A DNA stretch of 64,000 nt from Phycisphaerae bacterium (GTDB lineage: Bacteria; Planctomycetota; Phycisphaerae; SM23-33), in NCBI GenBank assembly GCA_046541415.1, contig JBKHDI010000010.1:4284-68283 (forward strand), in the 5' to 3' direction. The position numbers and the translations under genes were made by a program. Below, in pieces: positions 59,989 through 64,000 of the stretch; positions within the stretch are counted from its first letter, which is position 1; every line of letters starts with the position of its first letter. The notes beneath the pieces were generated by a model, which saw only the letters and a list, made by a program, of their open reading frames with translations, was not told the origin of the DNA and did no database searches.

Positions 59989-62900
59989 ATGAGCGAATTC
60001 TGCCACCTGCACGTACACTCGCACTATTCCCTGCTGGACGGGGGAAACCGCATCAAGGACCTGGTAACCACCGCCAAGGCCCACGGGATGAAATCCTTGG
60101 CCCTGACGGACCACGGTAACCTCTTCGGGGCGGTCGACTTCTACACCACCTGCAAGGCCGAGGGCATCAAGCCGATTCTGGGCATGGAAGCCTACATCAG
60201 CCCGACCACCCGCTTCGACAAGGACATGAAAATGTCCGACGCCAGCTACCACCTGCTGCTGGTGGCGATGAACCAGGCCGGCTGGAAGAACCTGCTGCGC
60301 CTCTCCAGCCGCGCGTACCTGGAGGGCTTCTACTACAAACCGCGGATCGACCGGGAAATCCTGGCCGAGTTCAGCGAAGGATTGATCTGCACCACCGCCT
60401 GCATCGGCGGGGAGGTGCCCCAGGCCATCCTTCGCAACGACCCGGCCGGGGCCAGGAAGATCGCTGGACAGTACCTGGACATCTTCGGGCCCGAGCGGTT
60501 CTTCATCGAGGTCCAGAACCAGGGCGAGGAGGACCAGAACCGCGCCAACCCCGAGCTGATCAAGCTGGCGGGCGAGCTGGGCGTCGGGACCGTCGGGACC
60601 AACGACGTGCACTTTTTGACCCGCGACGCCAAGGCCTCCCACCAGGTGCTCACGTGCATCTCGACGGGCAAGACCCTGGACGACGATACCAAGCTGGCCT
60701 ACTCGCCCGAACTGTACCTCAAGAGCGTCGAGGAGATGCACGAGACGCTCAAGCACTTCCCCGATGCGATTGGCTCGACGATGCAGATCGCCGAGATGTG
60801 CGACCTGGACCTGGACTTCACCGAAAAGCACCTGCCGGTGTTCAAGACGCCCCACGGCGAGGACGACAACGGCTACCTGCGGAAACTGGCGTATGAAGGC
60901 CTGGAACGGCGGTTCGACGGCGAGCAGATCCCCGATGACTACAAGCAGCGGCTGGACCGCGAGTTGGGGGTCATCGAGGACAAGGGCTACAGCTCGTACT
61001 TCCTGATCGTCAACGACTTCGTCCAGTACGCCCGCCAGCACGGCATCCCGTCGGCACCCAGGGGTTCGGGTGTGGCCACGCTGCTGGGGTACTGTCTGGG
61101 CATCGCCGATGTCGACCCGATGCAGTACGGCCTGCTGTTCGAGCGGTTTACCGACCCGGCCCGACAGGAAGACCCCGATATCGACATCGACATCTGCCAG
61201 GAGGGCCGCGGCAAGGTCATTCAATACGTCCGCGAGAAATACGGCCACGTCGCGCAGATCATCACCTACGGAACGCTGAAAGCCAAGGCCGTCATCCGCG
61301 ACGTCGGACGCGTGATGAACATCCCGCTGGATGAAGTCGACGCGATCAGCAAGCTGGTCCCCGAAGGGCCGAAAGTCACCCTGGACAAGGCCCTGGAGAC
61401 CGAACCGGACCTCAAGAAACTCTACGAAACCGACGACCGCGTCCGGCGGATGATCGATTACGGCAAGCGCCTCGAAGGCCTGGCCCGCCACAGCGGCATC
61501 CACGCCGCCGGGGTCATCGTCTGCGATGAGCCGCTGGAAGACCTCATCCCGCTCTGCAGGCAGACCGACAGCGAAGACGCGGTGACCCAGTGGGACGGCC
61601 CGACGTGCGAAAAAGCGGGCATGATGAAGATGGACTTCCTCGGCCTGCGGACGCTGACGATTATCCAGCGGGCCCGAGAACTGGTCAAAGAGACCACCGG
61701 CAAGGACATCGACCCCGAGAAACTGCCCCTGGACGATGCGAAAGTCTTCCAGCTGTTCTGCGAGGGACGCACCGACGGGGTGTTCCAGTTTGAATCCGAC
61801 GGCATGAAGAACGTCCTGCTGCAGATGCAACCGGAGCGGATCGAGGGCCTCATCGCCGCCAACGCGATGTACCGCCCGGGGCCGATGGAACTGATCCCCA
61901 CCTACTGTGCCCGCAAACGCAAGGAAGAGGAGATCCCGTCGGTCCACCCGCTGGTCGATGACCTGCTGGCAGAGACGTACGGCATCATGGCCTACCAGGA
62001 GCAGGTCATGCAGGTGCTCAACCGCCTGGGCAAGCTGCCTCTGAACCGCGCCCTTACGCTGATCAAGGCGATTTCCAAGAAGAAGGAAAAGGTCATCGCC
62101 GCCGAGAAGCCCAACTTCCTGGACGGCGCGGAGGAAAACGGCATCGCCCGCAGCGAGGCTGAGAAGCTCTTCGACCTGATCCTGAAGTTCGCCGGGTACG
62201 GTTTCAACAAGGCCCACTCGACGCGGTATGCGATCGTGGCCTACCAGACGGCCTACTTCAAGGTGCACTACCCGCGTCAGTTCCTGGCTGCGACGCTGAC
62301 GTTCGAATGCGGCGATACCGACAAGGTCGTCCAGTACATGGCCGAGGCAAGGCGGATGGGTATCGAGATCCTCCCGCCGGATATCAACACGTGCGGCTCG
62401 GCCTTTGCGGTCGACGGCGAGGCGGTGCGGTTCGGGCTTTCGGCAGTCAAGGGCGTGGGGGCCAAGGCAGTCGATGCCATCGTCGAGGCAAGGCAGGAAC
62501 ACGGTTCGTTCAGCGATCTCTACGACTTCTGCGAAAACGTCGACCTGCGGGCGGTCAACAAGTCCACCATCGAGGCGCTGATCAAGTGTGGAGCGTTCGA
62601 CGCCCTGGGCGCCTCGCGTGCGGCGATGACCGAGGGCCTGGCCCAGGCCATCGAGGTCGGCCAGTCGGCGGCCCGGGAGAAGAAGTCCGGGCAGATGAGC
62701 TTCTTCGGCGGGGGCGGACTGCTCGGCGAAACCGAGGCCGACAAACCTCCCGTGCGCTTCCCCGACGTCGAACCGTGGTCGGAAACCGAACTGCTCCAGG
62801 CCGAGAAGGAGACCCTCGGGTTCTACATCACCTCGCATCCGCTGGTGAAGTTCGCCCGGGAGATCGAGTCGCTCTCCCAGCCTTCCGGGGTGAACCTCTC

Positions 62901-63546
62901 GCGGCTGGAAAGCTTCAACGACGGCGTGAAGGTCGCCATCGGCTGCATGATCCAGCAGGTCCGCCACACGTTTACCAAGAAGGCGGGCAAGAAGATGGCC
63001 ATGCTCACCGTCGAGGACCTGACGGGCAAGGCCGATGCGGTCGTCTTCCCGCGGACGTTCGAAACCGTCGCCGACCTGCTGGTTCCCGAAGCGATCGTCT
63101 TCCTGGTCGGGACCATCGACAAGCAGCGCGAAAGGCCGAACATCCTGGTCGACGAGGTCATCCCCGTCGACGAGGGCATCCGGCGGTTCACCGGGCGGGT
63201 CGTCATTCGCCTCGATGCCGACCACGTCGCCGACGATTCGCTGCTCGGTCAACTCCAACTGCTGCTGCGGAAGCATTCGGGCAACTGCCCGCTGGACGTC
63301 CAGCTCCGCCCGGCCGGGCGGCCCGACGTCATCGCGACCATCCACCCGGAGAACGACTGGTCGGTCTCCACCGAGCGGGCGCTTCTGGGCGAACTGACCG
63401 ACCTGCTGGGCGACCAGAAGCACCTGCACCTGGTTGCCCGCAAGCTGCCGCAGGACAACGGCAACGGCAGACACCGCTTCCGGCGCGACTCCGGGGCTGC
63501 GGGGCAGAACGGCGTGGCTTCCGAGGCTGTCACGCGCTTCAACTGA
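59989..63546 (+). CDS. dnaE: DNA polymerase III alpha subunit
   Basis: PHP domain HLHVHSHYS and TDHG, RGSG, PDIDID, KMDFLGL, YGFNKAH, OB fold. Confidence 0.98.
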   Translation: MSEFCHLHVHSHYSLLDGGNRIKDLVTTAKAHGMKSLALTDHGNLFGAVDFYTTCKAEGIKPILGMEAYISPTTRFDKDMKMSDASYHLLLVAMNQAGWKNLLRLSSRAYLEGFYYKPRIDREILAEFSEGLICTTACIGGEVPQAILRNDPAGARKIAGQYLDIFGPERFFIEVQNQGEEDQNRANPELIKLAGELGVGTVGTNDVHFLTRDAKASHQVLTCISTGKTLDDDTKLAYSPELYLKSVEEMHETLKHFPDAIGSTMQIAEMCDLDLDFTEKHLPVFKTPHGEDDNGYLRKLAYEGLERRFDGEQIPDDYKQRLDRELGVIEDKGYSSYFLIVNDFVQYARQHGIPSAPRGSGVATLLGYCLGIADVDPMQYGLLFERFTDPARQEDPDIDIDICQEGRGKVIQYVREKYGHVAQIITYGTLKAKAVIRDVGRVMNIPLDEVDAISKLVPEGPKVTLDKALETEPDLKKLYETDDRVRRMIDYGKRLEGLARHSGIHAAGVIVCDEPLEDLIPLCRQTDSEDAVTQWDGPTCEKAGMMKMDFLGLRTLTIIQRARELVKETTGKDIDPEKLPLDDAKVFQLFCEGRTDGVFQFESDGMKNVLLQMQPERIEGLIAANAMYRPGPMELIPTYCARKRKEEEIPSVHPLVDDLLAETYGIMAYQEQVMQVLNRLGKLPLNRALTLIKAISKKKEKVIAAEKPNFLDGAEENGIARSEAEKLFDLILKFAGYGFNKAHSTRYAIVAYQTAYFKVHYPRQFLAATLTFECGDTDKVVQYMAEARRMGIEILPPDINTCGSAFAVDGEAVRFGLSAVKGVGAKAVDAIVEARQEHGSFSDLYDFCENVDLRAVNKSTIEALIKCGAFDALGASRAAMTEGLAQAIEVGQSAAREKKSGQMSFFGGGGLLGETEADKPPVRFPDVEPWSETELLQAEKETLGFYITSHPLVKFAREIESLSQPSGVNLSRLESFNDGVKVAIGCMIQQVRHTFTKKAGKKMAMLTVEDLTGKADAVVFPRTFETVADLLVPEAIVFLVGTIDKQRERPNILVDEVIPVDEGIRRFTGRVVIRLDADHVADDSLLGQLQLLLRKHSGNCPLDVQLRPAGRPDVIATIHPENDWSVSTERALLGELTDLLGDQKHLHLVARKLPQDNGNGRHRFRRDSGAAGQNGVASEAVTRFN

Positions 63547-63855
63547 CGAGTTATCCACACGCCGGTTGCCCGGAAATGCACAGGTTTGAGGCACTTTCCA
63601 CCAGCCTGTCCACAGGTTATCCACACCGGGCTGTGTTAAGATCGGTATTTTGCCATCCGGGCGATTGCATTCCCCTCGCCTTGCTGTTTAACTAGCAATC
63701 GGGCGTCGTGATCGTGCTTCGTGTCACCGCCATGGGTGGCTCAGCGTGCATTCGACGCCGGGCCATGTCTGTTTATTTTGTCGCCTTATCGAGTTTTTTT
63801 CTCATAGCTCACAATGGACTGTCTCGCTCGCTTTCCCGGAAAGGCGGAACAACGG
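63547..63855. other. DnaA-box cluster (candidate oriC and/or dnaA autoregulatory region)
   Basis: Perfect TTATCCACA at 63551-63559 and 63617-63625; degenerate boxes at 63574 (AAATGCACA), 63594 (CTTTCCACC) and 63606 (CTGTCCACA); T-rich tract at about 63768-63812. Confidence 0.72.
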
Positions 63856-64000
63856 ATGACACAGGTAGATCATGCGATCTGGCAACGAATTATCCAGCAT
63901 GTCGTAGATAGGGGAGGCAACCTGATCCGCCCCTGGTTTACCGAGTTGGAGCCGTTGTCCCTCGAGCATGGCCTGCTGGAGATCCAGGTCCCCGGCCCCG
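63856..64000 (+). CDS. dnaA: Chromosomal replication initiator DnaA, N-terminal domain (truncated by window end)
   Basis: MTQVDHAIWQRIIQHVVDRGGNLIRPWFTELEPLSLEHGLLEIQVP matches the DnaA domain I pattern (W...WF..L.P....L.I.VP) and follows the DnaA boxes. Confidence 0.72.
   Translation, partial: MTQVDHAIWQRIIQHVVDRGGNLIRPWFTELEPLSLEHGLLEIQVPGP

Noticed and set aside
59818-63624. 1268-aa minus-strand ORF
   Set aside because: Antisense shadow of dnaE.

Overview
High-GC (roughly 65%) bacterial chromosome segment. The gene content points to an anaerobic Planctomycetota/Phycisphaerae-like organism (inference from the DUF4159 protein, prepilin-type protein, PEP-CTERM protein, eukaryote-type UDP-GlcNAc pyrophosphorylase and paired groEL). 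It looks like the origin-proximal domain: dnaE is followed by a DnaA-box cluster and the 5' end of dnaA at the right edge, parB with three perfect parS palindromes sits about 29 kb to the left, and most genes lie on the minus strand. Main blocks: miaB; groEL-groES-groEL-dnaJ-grpE; a Rex/CRP-type box, a lone receiver protein and a trimeric [FeFe]-hydrogenase whose beta subunit carries non-bifurcating signatures; queC-folP-cdaA-cdaR-proA; queF-apbE; rseC-rnfCDGEAB; ispD; tRNA-His; parB/parS; asnB; a dimeric dUTPase; phoH with a 7TM-HD (PgpH-like) gene; UAP-nadK; hflX; several accessory enzymes. No transposase, integrase, CRISPR array or rRNA was seen. The most notable items are the hydrogenase/Rnf/Rex energy module, a parA-less parB/parS locus with a local AT shift and helically phased GTTAAA hexamers inside asnB, a possible sigma54-type promoter in place of CIRCE at groEL, and a long structured leader before the prepilin gene. 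None of these can be shown to be a wholly new system from sequence alone.
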